A stretch of DNA of 63,415 nucleotides, counting the filler, from Octopus bimaculoides (taxonomy: Eukaryota): assembly GCF_001194135.2 (NCBI RefSeq). It is 4 parts of 4 records of this genome, joined end to end, with 100 filler letters (N's around TTAATTAATTAA, not from the genome) between each part and the next. Parts side by side here need not be neighbours in the genome. Positions count along the whole stretch, not along the records: positions 1 to 28,488 come from NC_068982.1; 3 more parts are not named here. One strand, 5' to 3'. This document shows positions 14,011-26,690 of this stretch, one piece after another. Numbering within the stretch: the stretch's first letter is position 1; each line of letters starts with the position of its first letter. Both the position numbers and the translations under genes were made by a program. The notes beneath the pieces are model-generated. The model searched no databases. It saw nothing but the letters and a program-made list of their open reading frames with translations, and was not told the origin of the DNA.

Positions 14011-15609
14011 TAAGTACCTTAACACGGACGAGAAGAAGAAAACGACAAACACGCACATACAACTGCAAACACACACGACTTACATACACGCGGCATCTGT
14101 CGTGTGGAGTAGAAAATTCAACTTGCTGCATGTCTCATACTTGAAATGTTAGAGTTCAGCTTAATAGCGGTTTAATATTTCCAAGTATATTTTATCCAAA
14201 GCGCTTCATCTTCCATTGCTTTGGAGAGAATACGTTCCACTTGAGAAGTTAATTCGTATGCTGCCGAAATTTGATGCGTGGAAGCCTACGTAGATATGCA
14301 CTGATGCTACAGAATTTGCAGCATTTTGTTTACAACGATGCGGTTCTCTTTTGTTAGGTGCATTTTCCTCGTATCTTCCCTCTGATAGATGAGCAAACTT
14401 GTATCATGCGTGAATCGAGGTAGTGACGTCCGGTGTTCACAGCCCTCTACATGTCCATGTTGGCGTTCTATATATGATAAGAAGCGGGTAAACTCCAAGA
14501 TGAAACTTATTATCTTTTTTAGCTGTCTCATTCGATATCTCTTTCAATGGCTATTTGTGGAAACCAAAATTGATTTAATGAAGCAAAGCATCGTTTGCAT
14601 GCTTCCAATAATCACCTGTGTTAGTACGAATCCGTTTTATTCCAAAGAAACTAAGACTTCGTATATGAGTTAATCGGTGTGTTAGGAAGATAAGTGTGAG
14701 ATAAACTGGGGTAGAAATCTAATTGTCTTTCTATGTAGCTTCCAAAAATCTTAACTTTCAGATTCGAAATTTTGACGCTAGTTTTTGAAATATTAAACCA
14801 GAATATTATGCTGGACTTTAAACGATAGTCTTCTGCGAAAGTTTAATACAGAAATGCAAAACTTCAACGTGACTCTCCTGCATTCCTCCGTCAACCACAA
14901 AACAGGTAAGACCTCATGAACGAAGATCACAAACCAATAACTGGCCAGAGCATTGGTGACAATAATTTAAATATTTCTTGTAACTGTAATATAATTGTCA
15001 ACACTTTATACACAAATTCTACTAAAAGGTATGTCAGCAACAACACGAATATCTGGTCAGAACAATGCTGAAACTGGCTGAACAAGACCAAGTGCATCAC
15101 AACTACAAATATCATTACCACCCCTCAGTATCGTAATAGGCATTGGCGGAATTTTTAACTGTAATGTGAGCAGTACGACCAAAAGTTGATTACTGAAATG
15201 TGCCATCAATCTCGATTCCAGCAACATAAACAAGATTTCAATCACGAGTTCATAAAGAAATTTTATGCAATATCACCACATGCTAGAAATGCCAGTCATA
15301 TCGTCGTAAGCGCAGGGTGTTGTTCAAGAGTAAAATGTTATTATAATACATAGTAGATATTTTTTATTGTCTCGTTATTTAATAGTTTAAAAGCCTCCTG
15401 ATAGGAAATCCGTTTTTCAATATATCAGCACACAGTAATTTTATAGCATGAAAATAGTCGATATGTACTAAGAGTCCATCTATGCGTATGAAATGATATA
15501 ATGATAATGCATGCTATCCAACTTATAAGAGACTCTACCTTTTAAAAATAAATCTCTTTCAAGGGTTACTCTCTGAATGAGATACGCTGCTGAGATTTTG
15601 ACAAATGTG

Positions 15610-15820
15610 AGTTTCAAATTTTGATACAAGGCCAGCTTTTTCGTGGGAGGTAAATCGACTACATCGATCCTAGTGCTCAACTGGCACTTACTTTATCGAC
15701 CTCTAAAGGATAAAAGGCAAAGTCGATCTTGGCAGCATCTGAACTCAACACGCAAAGGCGGATGAAATGCCGCTAAGCATTTTTCCCAAAATGCTAACGA
15801 TTCCGTTAGCTCGTAACCAT
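15610..15820 (-). mobile_element. SINE family C
   Basis: Reverse complement carries aatgcttagcggcatttc..gagttcaga..gactttgcctttt..ggtcgataaagtaagtgccagt..cgatgtagtcgat..aaaatttgaa. Confidence 0.75.
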
Positions 15821-17526
15821 AACGGTTGATAAATATTGATAATCGAATCATTATATGGCTTTACAATTATATTTCAAGTAGGTATGGAATGAAATGGGTA
15901 CGATATTGTCTAACTGTATATCCAGTTTAAACCCAGATGGATATTTCAAAAACAAAATCTAGAATTAAACAATAAGCATCTTCAAGGATAAAAGATTATG
16001 TATAGTGTTATAAAAATAAGCTATTGAAATGTAATGGAATTCAACAAAACCAGAAAGAGAAAGAGAAATGTATAGTTTAAGAAATAAAGAGGGAATTTTG
16101 TAGGAGATTAAAACAAAATAAAATTATGTCGTTCAAGATATTGTGAACATTTTTCAATATTCATTACGTAATATATTAGATTAGCTATGTCTTTATCAGT
16201 ATGTTTGTTAACCAAATTTAGCTTTATGCCAAACATCCAGCATATTTCCAAAATTAATTTGAATATTTGTGATAAAAAACAGTTTTAAGCAGAAGGGAAA
16301 ATAGCAAACGAATATTATTGCGTTTGCTTTATATGACTCGTTACATATTATAGGAGATTTGAATAATAAACTGAAGTTTATTAAATCTGCGATGTTTGTG
16401 CGGTAGCATATCACATGCCATAAACAAAAATCAATAAGTCCTAATGATTTAGCTGACACAAATTTCAGATCATATAAGGTAACTTTGTGAGTAAAATGCC
16501 AAGAACGAAACTCTTCATAAATATCTCAGCAATTTCCATCAAACGTAAGCCATGTTATTAATATTTATTTCCTGTATTATTCTCGTTTCAGAAGCTATAT
16601 TCTGCCGGTTGACAGGGGAAATTTAGTCTTATTCTAAGACAAGGAGAAATCTAAAGTATGTTACGCCCAATGATCGAGGAACTTTATGCAAGCCAAATAA
16701 TATACATCGACAGCATGCAACAAACAGCAGTAATAGTTACCTCGGTATAACTAAATAATCCTAGATAAGAATTTACTTGTAAGCTTTGAATACATTTGAC
16801 GATATAGATAAATAGTAGTACATTGATATTTCAAAACTATATTTTAAAATATTTGTTGGTTTCAATTAAATTAATATGTTTGTTTGCATTGATATCATGA
16901 TTTGCGTCCAAATTTTTTTCGTATTATAAATGAGTGCTAACTATATTTCAAATAACATGTTAGTCTGTAATGTGTTACATAGCCAATAAAATGTGCACAT
17001 AATACATAGCACAGTGATGTGTATGCGTACGTTTTCTAAGTTTAGGTGAATGCCAAGTAAATACAAATCTATAAACTATAATGCATTGAATATGGATTAG
17101 CAATAACCTGATTTACAAGATTTACATTCAATGCATTTTTAACAGAGAATAATATATACCAAGTAATAAATAAATAAGTAAAAGTAGCTCATGAATACTA
17201 AATTTCGAGAGGAATATATTCAGGTAAGTATGGGCGTTGTGCCTTTCGCAGTACTCTGACAATTGCATAGCGAAATTTTATTGCCAGTAAAATATCAGTT
17301 GCAAACATGAAATTATTGCACATGGGGAAAGAAAAATCCGGCCATTTTATACTGTAAAATGCTCTTATTGGAAAGAGAGAATTAATATTCATAAGCTAGA
17401 GATATATGAAGTATAGCTACATATTTGATTGTTTTTATCGGGAGGGAAGCAAAGTCGAACAGACATTTTATATACATCCATGTTTACACACTCATACAAA
17501 CACACACATATATACGTATATATGTA

Positions 17527-17563
<37 letters not shown>

Positions 17564-17822
17564 NNNNNNNNNNNNNNNNNNNNNNNNNNNNNNNNNNNNN
17601 NNNNNNNNNNNNNNNNNNNNNNNNNNNNNNNNNNNNNNNNNNNNNNNNNNNNNNNNNNNNNNNNNNNNNNNNNNNNNNNNNNNNNNNNNNNNNNNNNNNN
17701 NNNNNNNNNNNNNNNNNNNNNNNNNNNNNNNNNNNNNNNNNNNNNNNNNNNNNNNNNNNNNNNNNNNNNNNNNNNNNNNNNNTATATATATACATATATA
17801 TATGTGTGTTCATGTGTGTGTT

Positions 17823-17853
<31 letters not shown>

Positions 17854-18149
17854 GTATCAATTATTTGCAACGGAAGAAGTATCAATATCAAAATGTAAAC
17901 TTCATATGCAATATAAGACAGCTGTCTTGTATTCGGTGTTCTAAGAGAGCATCCATGATAAGTTGCAAATGTATTCTTACACACATACGCGCACACGCTC
18001 GCACACGCTCGCGCACACACATACATACATGCATACGCGCGCTCACACACACACACACACATATATATATATGTATATATGTATGTATACTATATACATG
18101 TAGTATTTGTGAATAAGGAACACTGCAGAAGAACAGTCTAGAGGTACAT

Positions 18150-18720
18150 AATATTTAGGTCGATCCATTGGAGATTGCACTACCTATAATCAGTGACACT
18201 AAAAAGGTAGTGTTCAATACCTTCGTTGAGTAATTTCATAAAAAGTGAGGAAAAGTATGTGTCTAACGCTAATAGATTAGCTAGTGTCAGTGACAATGTT
18301 TTCTACAGTGCAATCGACGTAGTCTTATCCTTATCTATATTTTCGGCAAAATATATTGTTTCGCCCCATGTGGCGTCACCTTCCTGTAGATTGTATTTAG
18401 CAACTAACAGTAAATACAAGGTGCTGCACGGAATTTTGTCAGCGAACAGGCGTGTTTCTTAAATGGCTTATAAACACCTTCCACGCAGCAATTGATTTAT
18501 TGTATTGCTAAAAGTGTAAATAGCACCACAAAGACACTGTCACCCTCTGATTCTGTTTGTTTCGGTAACAATAGCACCACTTCACGTACTTCACTGCAGA
18601 GTAGTGTCCCAGAATGTAAGCAAGTTGTTTCAAGCATCGATACTGGTATCAAGAACTGCGGGAAGTCGAAGGTCCTTCAAGCGGTTTACGGTGTCAAACG
18701 CATTCTTCTAATTCATTTAA
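18150..18720 (-). mobile_element. Highly decayed LINE reverse-transcriptase fragment (CR1/L2-like)
   Basis: Across frameshifts the motifs appear in the expected order: KNAFDTVNR (AFDTV), GDSVFVVLF (QG motif position), RLFADK (LFADD), LQE..NIDKDKT, YLFSVTD..NLQW (YLGV..L.W). Individual matches are weak. Confidence 0.45.
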
Positions 18721-18831
18721 TTAATTTTGGCCATTTTCTCCTTCCTCACCGCATTTCATTTTTCGTTGGTCAAGTATTGTTCAGAAAACCAGCAATTCTT
18801 GCGTTTCTAGTTGCGTTTTCAGCAGTGGTGA

Positions 18832-18880
<49 letters not shown>

Positions 18881-18883
<3 letters not shown>

Positions 18884-19304
18884 ATAGAAAGGATTGAGGT
18901 AACTCCTCCTGAAGATATGGAGTCAAAATTAAAAGAAGAGTGCCATTTGCTATCTTGTGAACAATATTTCGACATCTCGCGTGTTTTCCACTGGTTCAAA
19001 AAATAAATTTTTCAATCTACTTCATTTTGGTTAATATAGAAACGATTGAGGTAACTCCTCCTGAAGATATAGAGTCAAAATTAAAAGAAGAGTGCCTTTG
19101 CTATCTTGTGAACAATATTTCGACATCTCACGTGTCTTCCACTGGTTCAAAAAATAAATTTGTCAATCTACTTCATTTTGGTTAATATAGAAAGGATTGA
19201 GGTAACTCCTCCTGAAGATATAGAGTCAAAATTAAAAGAAGAGTGCCATTTCCTATCTTGTGAACAATATTTCGACATCTCGCGTGTCTTCCACTGGTTC
19301 AAAA
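18881..19304. repeat. Tandem array of about 2.8 copies of a 151-152-bp unit
   Basis: Units start aatatagaaa(g/c)gattgaggtaactcctcctgaag at 18881, 19033 and 19184, with only a few substitutions between copies. Confidence 0.9.
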
Positions 19305-19875
19305 TCTTCCCAGAGTTTTCCATTATTCCCGCTGGTTTGTGTTCATACTATTATTCAGCTTTCTCGAGGTTTGCTTTACAGTACGTCAGCCAGGGGACAT
19401 ACCTGGCCACACTGTCGTGTCTTCTTTTATATACGCGTTGTGCGAGCTTACAGTACTCACTAACGATATAGCTTATAATTTCTCCCTTCTTAGAGCACAT
19501 CCGCACTGTGGTGAGTCAGTGCTTTCATTAATGTGATATTTGGAGTAGTTTGTTCTGAGAGCATGTTCTTCAGCGCTGCACACTAATGCCTCACTAGTCC
19601 CTTTTATGTTTCCTTTCTGCAGAGATTGTTAGGTTCGATTCCAATCAATCTCATCTTTATTCTTCAAGAATTGAGGGTGTGTTTTCTTGTCCTGCCAAAT
19701 TTTCTTCATCTGCTCTCTCTAGTCTTTCTAAAAACGTGTCGGTTCTACGGATTCGTTCATTTTTAAGTTACCCTGTATTTTCTCTGCTTCAATCATTCGT
19801 TCTTTACTCCCCTTGACATACCAAGCTACCCTATCCTCCGCTTCCCTTACACAACCTTCACAACACACTACTTGC
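19300..19875 (-). mobile_element. R4/Dong-like retrotransposon fragment (5'-truncated)
   Basis: Minus strand reads EGCVREAEDRVAWYV..WQDKKTHPQF..QKGNIKGTSEALVCSAEEHALRTNYSKYHI..SPQC..KRRHDSVARYV..YEHKPAGIMENSGKIL. Its 5' end abuts the (TAA/TAG)n array at 19885-20030. Confidence 0.8.
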
Positions 19876-19887
19876 AATAAGTATTAA

Positions 19888-20009
<122 letters not shown>

Positions 20010-20029
20010 TTATTATTATTATTATTATT

Positions 20030-20240
20030 GGCGGCGAGCTGGTAGAATCCTTAGCCCGCTGGACAGGATGCTCAGTGCTATGTCGCGCCTGTCGATACGT
20101 TCTGAGATCAAATTCCGCCGAGGTCGACTTTGCCTTTCATCTTTTCGGGGTCGATAAATTAAGTACCAGTGAAACACTGGCGTCCATGTTATTGACTTAA
20201 TCCCTTCCTCAATGCTGTCCTTATGGCAAAAATTTGCAAG
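20030..20240 (+). mobile_element. SINE family C, near full length
   Basis: ggcggcgagctggtagaatc (A-box-like) .. ttctgagatcaaattccgccgaggtcgactttgcctttcatc..ggggtcgataaattaagtaccagt; ends in an (AGT)n tail. Confidence 0.8.
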
Positions 20241-20986
20241 TAGTAGTAGTAGTTGTAGTAGTAGTAGTAGTAGTAGTATCACAGTAATCTTTGGGGAAAT
20301 ATTTTAGACAAGGAGTATACATCTATCTGTGTTATTCTGGCACGCCATTAGTGAGCACATGTATTGGAGTAGTAATTTTTGTATCACCAGCGAAAACCAG
20401 GTTACTATATTCATGGAATCACTTCTGGGGTTGGGGCTTTTGGTGCTGGTGCTGGTAGTGTTGTTGGATTTGGTCGTAATAGTAGTGACAGCAACAATGT
20501 AGATGCAACAGCAAAGGCAATATTATGTCTCAATAAGAAAATCAGATTGTAGAATACTCCGGTCTCCATCTGTATAGCTGAATATTGTGTAACATCAGCA
20601 ATTCTGATTCATGCTGACGTAGAGGACAAGAGTGTAGCCAGTATGATAAAATATGGTGGAACTTTTATTGTAACAGTTATTATACACACTTTTAAGGGTG
20701 TATAAGTAAATGACATATGCAGTGAAGTATATAACCTGAAAGTAGTGAGACGCTTTTGCATCACCAATATTTTCCCTTGCTACGGCTGAACTATTTAAAG
20801 ATGTTAGGCGCTTTCAGTGAAGAAGAAAGTCATATGACGTGATATTTCTATCAACCTGTCTGGTGTGCCTGTGTATTCGTGTATGTGTCTGCGTGTATGT
20901 ACACATACAACTACGAATACATTCACACACTTATATATATATATATATATATAGCGTATGTATGCATGAATGTGTATGTACGTGTA

Positions 20987-21042
<56 letters not shown>

Positions 21043-21707
21043 AAAAGATTTGTAAAAGTACTACACGAGTAAGTAGATATTGAAAATGAATAAGAATGAA
21101 TACGCCGCTTTTTAAAAACATTTTTGGGGTGTTTTAATTAATTTACATGTTTCGGTTTTTTGAAAAACCTTATCAAAAATGAATATAAAATATGTGTGAA
21201 GAGAAAAGGGGTATTAATAAAATAAAATTGAAATTAAAATTAAGAATGACATTCATAGTTTACTGTTATTTCTTGCATGCGCACGTGGTCCTATCCTTGA
21301 ATATGTATTTTGGCAAAATAAACACGCGCACTATGTTTTTTCTTCATTACTATTCTTATTTTATTATTTTAACTGATTTCCATCTTCCGAATATCTTTCA
21401 CGACACATCTGTGACCTCTTCAGCGAAATATAAAAATATTAATAATAATAATTATAAAGGTTTTACACAAGTAAAAAAATTCCTAAGGGTTCAGACGTCG
21501 TGGTATGTTGCTGCGATTTCTTATCAGCAGATATGTACAGCTTAATCTGTAGGCAGGAGAGGTGCAGCCGGAGAGTGCAAAGTTCAGAATAAAAAGTCCA
21601 GAATAAATACTCCAGAATAAAAAAAAAGGTAGAGAGTCCAGAAGTTCATGTGTGATGAGTAGAGACAAGAGTAGCTGGTGCGACCACTTGAGCGTGTGCT
21701 ATGTATA

Positions 21708-21845
21708 GGGAGAATACACGAAAAAAACAGCAGACGAAGACAGGTGGTTTAAACAACAAATGGATGTATTAGTATAACGCTCGGGAATAGAGAAAGTGTT
21801 TAACGTTTCGAGCCTACGCTCTTCAACAGAAAGGAACACAGAAAG
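21708..21845 (-). mobile_element. Interspersed repeat family D (possible Penelope pLTR-derived) with hammerhead-like variant
   Basis: Homologous to 31288-31381. The minus strand contains CTGTTGAA-GAGC-gtag-GCTC-GAAA-CGT-TA. Confidence 0.55.
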
Positions 21846-21883
21846 TAACAAATATGTGTTGTGGTCAGCGATCTATCATGGCG

Positions 21884-21937
<54 letters not shown>

Positions 21938-21940
<3 letters not shown>

Positions 21941-22555
21941 AAACCGTATGGCATATTACCAGCCAATGTACACCACTAGCCCAGAAGGACTATAAGAGAC
22001 GCCACGACAATATAGCCAGGCTTTTCCGTAGGACTCTTTGCCAAAAATATGGACTTGACAGATCAAATTTGGTGCGACCACAAACCTGAAGGCATAGTCG
22101 AAAATAGAAATGCAAAGATCCTATGCGATTTTATGATTTAGTGCGACCATGAGCTAGAGAATAAGAAGCCAGACATAGTCTTAATTATGAAAGAAAACAA
22201 ACTATGCTGGATCATATATACAGCATGCCCAGCTGACAACAATGTATGCGATAAGGAAGAAAGAAAAGTCGAGAGATATGACAGGTTAGCTAGGGAATTT
22301 AAGCAGCCGTGGTCGATGAAAACAGTACCAATAACTGTCGGAGCCCGGGGAACAGTGACGTAAAATCTCGAGAAGTACGAGGAACAAATAAGGGCTGCAA
22401 TAAGGGTGGAGAACATACAGAAAACAGCACTGCTTCGAACCGCTTGTATACTCCAGAAGGCGCTCTAAAAGTAAGAGGTGTTACCTTAGTTCACTGGTAG
22501 TGAACAACTGACACTGTAGTACATCTCCAGCGTTAGAAGCTGTGCAAAGGCAATA
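21938..22555 (+). mobile_element. R4/Dong-like retrotransposon 3' fragment (CCHC end + RLE domain)
   Basis: ETVWHITSQCTPLAQKDYKRRHDNIAR..HKPEGIVENRNAKILCDF..KKPDIVLI..ACPAD..KVERYDRL..VPITVGARGTV..IQKTALLRTA. It ends at an (AAT)n tail. Confidence 0.85.
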
Positions 22556-22557
22556 AC

Positions 22558-22609
<52 letters not shown>

Positions 22610-23867
22610 TTAATAATAATAATAATAAATAATAATAATAATAATAATATATATATATATATATATATATCGACATGTACAATTGTAAAATGGCGAGCAC
22701 ACATTAATTCAGACATGTACATATAAATACGTGTATACTGAAATAGATATTCTGTTGCGAATGGGCTGTAAATTTATGGACTTTCGGAGACTAAAATAAA
22801 TCAATATTAACCGCTCACACCACCAGCGTTGTATATGTGTTATATGCGTGTGTGCGCATATGTATGTGCTTCGTGTTGGTTACTTTTTCTTTCTTTCATA
22901 ACACTATCACTAGCACATTTATTTCCACCTGTAACATATGCTTTACTATTTTTTTTCCATCAATTACACAGGTACAGAAATGTATGCTACATTTTTTTTT
23001 AATATAAAATTAAGCAACATAAATAAAACATGGCACTTGGTTTATTCAAACATCAGTACATCATTGTAGTGTTGTAATTGTATCTTCTAATGAAAAATAT
23101 GATGACTCATTGTAAAATAACATGTGCATATACATATATGTGTGTGTGTCTATTTGTGTAACTAATGTCGGCTTCATTAATCCGCAATTTTCAGCCCCAC
23201 AAAGTCGAGGAAAAGAATATGGTAAAAATCCCTTATTNNNNNNNNNNNNNNNNNNNNNNNNNNNNNNNNNNNNNNNNNNNNNNNNNNNNNNNNNNNNNNN
23301 NNNNNNNNNNNNNNNNNNNNNNNNNNNNNNNNNNNNNNNNNNNNNNNNNNNNNNNNNNNNNNNNNNNNNNNNNNNNNNNNNNNNNNNNNNNNNNNNNNNN
23401 NNNNNNNNNNNNNNNNNNNNNNNNNNNNNNNNNNNNNNNNNNNNNNNNNNNNNNNNNNNNNNNNNNNNNNNNNNNNNNNNNNNNNNNNNNNNNNNNNNNN
23501 NNNNNNNNNNNNNNNNNNNNNNNNNNNNNNNNNNNNNNNNNNNNNNNNNNNNNNNNNNNNNNNNNNNNNNNNNNNNNNNNNNNNNNNNNNNNNNNNNNNN
23601 NNNNNNNNNNNNNNNNNNNNNNNNNNNNNNNNNNNNNNNNNNNNNNNNNNNNNNNNNNNNNNNNNNNNNNNNNNNNNNNNNNNNNNNNNNNNNNNNNNNN
23701 NNNNNNNNNNNNNNNNNNNNNNNNNNNNNNNNNNNNNNNNNNNNNNNNNNNNNNNNNNNNNNNNNNNNNNNNNNNNNNNNNNNNNNNNNNNNNNNNNNNN
23801 NNNNNNNNNNNNNNNNNNNNNNNNNNNNNNNNNNNNNNNNNNNNNNNNNNNNNNNNNNNNNNNNNNN

Positions 23868-23932
<65 letters not shown>

Positions 23933-23949
23933 TGTGTGTGTGTGTGTGC

Positions 23950-24003
<54 letters not shown>

Positions 24004-24526
24004 ATGTATGTATGCATGTGTACTATATTATATATAAATATGTGTGTGTGCATATGCGTAGGTGTATCTACGTCTGTGTGGTGCGAATTAAGTCTACCAT
24101 TCCTTTCATATTATGAAAAGTAGGAAAATATCCGAGGAAAAATTCTTCAAGTCAATCACATGGAGAATGGTAGCATTAATTCACAAATAAAGAAATTATG
24201 TCCACCAATGCAATGTTGAGCAATCATTTTCATCGTTTGAAACTTACGTGTATATATATATATATGAAACATTCAAACAATGACAATATGTGAAGTTAGA
24301 TGTCACTACTGTTCATATCATCAGTTGATAAATTCTAAATTTGATGATATCACCAGTAGTGGCCTGGGTAGAACGCAGTTATAATAGCTTTAAACAGCTA
24401 TGAATTATAAATTTGCAAGCGTAATGATGCTTAATAAGCATCTACCTGCAAGAAATAAGAGCTAAGCAAAAAAAAACCAGTTGCACAGTCAGATACTAAC
24501 ATGACGGTCACGGATTTAAACTGGTA

Positions 24527-24584
24527 GTCCACACTGACGAGGCTCAGGGTTAAATACCCAAAAGCCGAAACCTGGTTTATGGAT
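24527..24584 (+). ncRNA. Type I minimal hammerhead ribozyme motif (Penelope-type), core intact
   Basis: gtccaca-CTGACGA-GGCT[cagggttaaatacccaaa]AGCC-GAAA-CC t GG-TT-tatggat. Stem II is 4 bp plus an internal gggt/accc hairpin. Stem III is palindromic, the cleavage triplet is GUU, and stem I has 7 positions with one mismatch. Confidence 0.7.
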
Positions 24585-25596
24585 ATCCCTAATTGCATAA
24601 TATTTTATATATATTTATATATATATAGCTACATCTTTGAGGCATAGCTGTGTCTAATGTTATGTAGCATACGAATTACATTCAATGCAGATTAGATGAT
24701 CTGATATTGCATTCCTCGTGAGTTTATCGGAAATAAACCACGTTAAATTCTAGTAAAACCAACACCAGTCCGGATGTTAGTTTGCTGGCACTGCAGCTTA
24801 AATGTTCAAGGTCAACACTTTTGGCTTTCTAAGGCTGTCAACCTATCACTTGTTACGTTCTACATGTGTAATATCTCCCACTTTCTAGGTAACCATTTCG
24901 CCTCTACTTCCGTGTGAATTACTTAACGCCGGAAATGTTGGCCTTTCTTATTTACTTAATCTGATAAAATGGTTACATTACACCGTATTAAGAAGCGAAA
25001 TAGCTGCGTTAATTTTCATGACTAAAATTCTCATTTGCTAGGCATGTTTTCCAAGATTTATATGGTAACATTCTACACCGTAACCTTCAAAAGTGTCTCT
25101 GTGGAATTAATTAAGAACACGTAAAGTGTGACATCAAGATATTCGTATGTGGGGGGGGGGGGGGGCATATTTATGAATATGTCTAAGTGTTTATATGTGT
25201 ACGTAATTGTGTATTTACAAATATCAACTATCAGTTTCAAATAGGCGTAATTCAGTCGTTTTCACATGTTAGTAGCTAGGATTCTGCATAGACATATAAC
25301 TGCGTAATATTGAAAGTAGGATCATTGTGGTTTAGTGTGTTGTACGTCTATGCCGTTATTCACTGACGCACTGTATCTGAAGAAGTTTGATACGGTTTTA
25401 AGCTGCGGACTTTCACTGATAATGTTTGCGTCTTCCAGTAAATATCACCTTTTCTAAAAATACACATTGCAAACCGAAATTTCCATCATGACGCATGCGT
25501 TTAAAATGAATTTATCTTTACATTTGCACACGCAATCAAACCCATATACCTAAAGATATATTCATAAATCTACGTAATCAACATACATATATACAC

Positions 25597-25666
<70 letters not shown>

Positions 25667-25728
25667 GAAAGGAAATAGGAACCTATCGCTATAGTTTTAT
25701 CTTTGCGGACATTGCTCTATCCTTCAAA

Positions 25729-25763
<35 letters not shown>

Positions 25764-25823
25764 TCAGATTATAGTATATTAATTTATTTCTTTATATTAT
25801 CAACAAACCAGTAGCATTAAGAT

Positions 25824-26690
25824 ATGTCTAATATTCAAAGAGAATGTATTGTGAGGCAATGTGATGGTGGACTTAACCAGCGTAAAATCTCACAAAACTC
25901 CGAGATTGCTCTTGCGACATTCAGCTGACTGGACCACCAAACGAAATCAACAATATCCTACTCAGGCCGACGTCAGATCTTTGGCAAGTGTCTCGATCTG
26001 TCAAGGAGTTTGTTGAAAATAATCTCAGTCCTAAGGCCGCTAATATCTCATACCGAATCTAAATTACTCAGAGTACTTCTGAGAATGTATGCCAACCAAC
26101 TTGGCCATAATAATTTAGCAAGTAGAAAGTAAACTGTTCTTGACCAGCAAATATTCATAAAAGAAATGAGCTAATAAATGAGATGGTACTGGAACTCATA
26201 AGGTTCGGATGAATCGGGAGCTGCATTACCTCCTGACAGCGGACATATAAGGATCCGAGGCCTGCCCATTTAAGAGTTCGATTTAAATCGGTTACAACCA
26301 ACTGTGAAACAAGGCAGCTTTTCAGTTTGAGAGAGGGAGGAAATCAGTAGTACAGATCGTTCGAAATTGGTCCGTTATGTTAACAGCATAAACTCGGGAA
26401 AAATGTATCGCTATTCTTCGAAGAGGACATCACCCAAATTGCGGATGTTGGTGATCAAGCCAAAACAAAAAATAAGCGACTGGCAGAAAGAAAAAATACT
26501 ATAAACAGGAGAGTTACTTGCCCCAATGTGTCTCTTGTTATAAACGCCATTGAAATCCTTTCGAACGCACTGCTCAAAGTAGTGTGATAAAAGCCACGAA
26601 AACCAACTTTGGTGTTAGATTTGTTCAACATATTATTTGCAGCCTGAGCGGAAATTCCACAGAACACGATTTCTTAAATCATTAGTATGA
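25824..26690 (+). pseudogene. Tc1-family transposase pseudogene
   Basis: N-terminal HTH MSNIQRECIVRQCDGGLNQRKIS, SGRR (GRP motif), GSDES (first D), LQPTVKQG (PTVKHGG), and CPNVSLVINAIEILSNAL (WPxxSPDLNPIENLW), with many stops and frameshifts. TIRs not confidently located. Confidence 0.75.

Noticed and set aside
14150-15250. Coding-like composition with hydrophobic short ORFs
   Set aside because: All frames are interrupted and no motif could be matched confidently; probably an old TE.
18881-19304. CRISPR-like or hammerhead reading of the 151-bp tandem array (contains GAAA..GTA..CTGAAGA)
   Set aside because: The units are fully repeated with no unique spacers and no cas genes, in a eukaryotic context. 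The 7 nt between GUA and CUGAAGA cannot form stem I.
26455-26667. Minus-strand ORF with a GPCR-like 'AFERISM' segment
   Set aside because: It is the antisense of the Tc1 transposase relic on the + strand.
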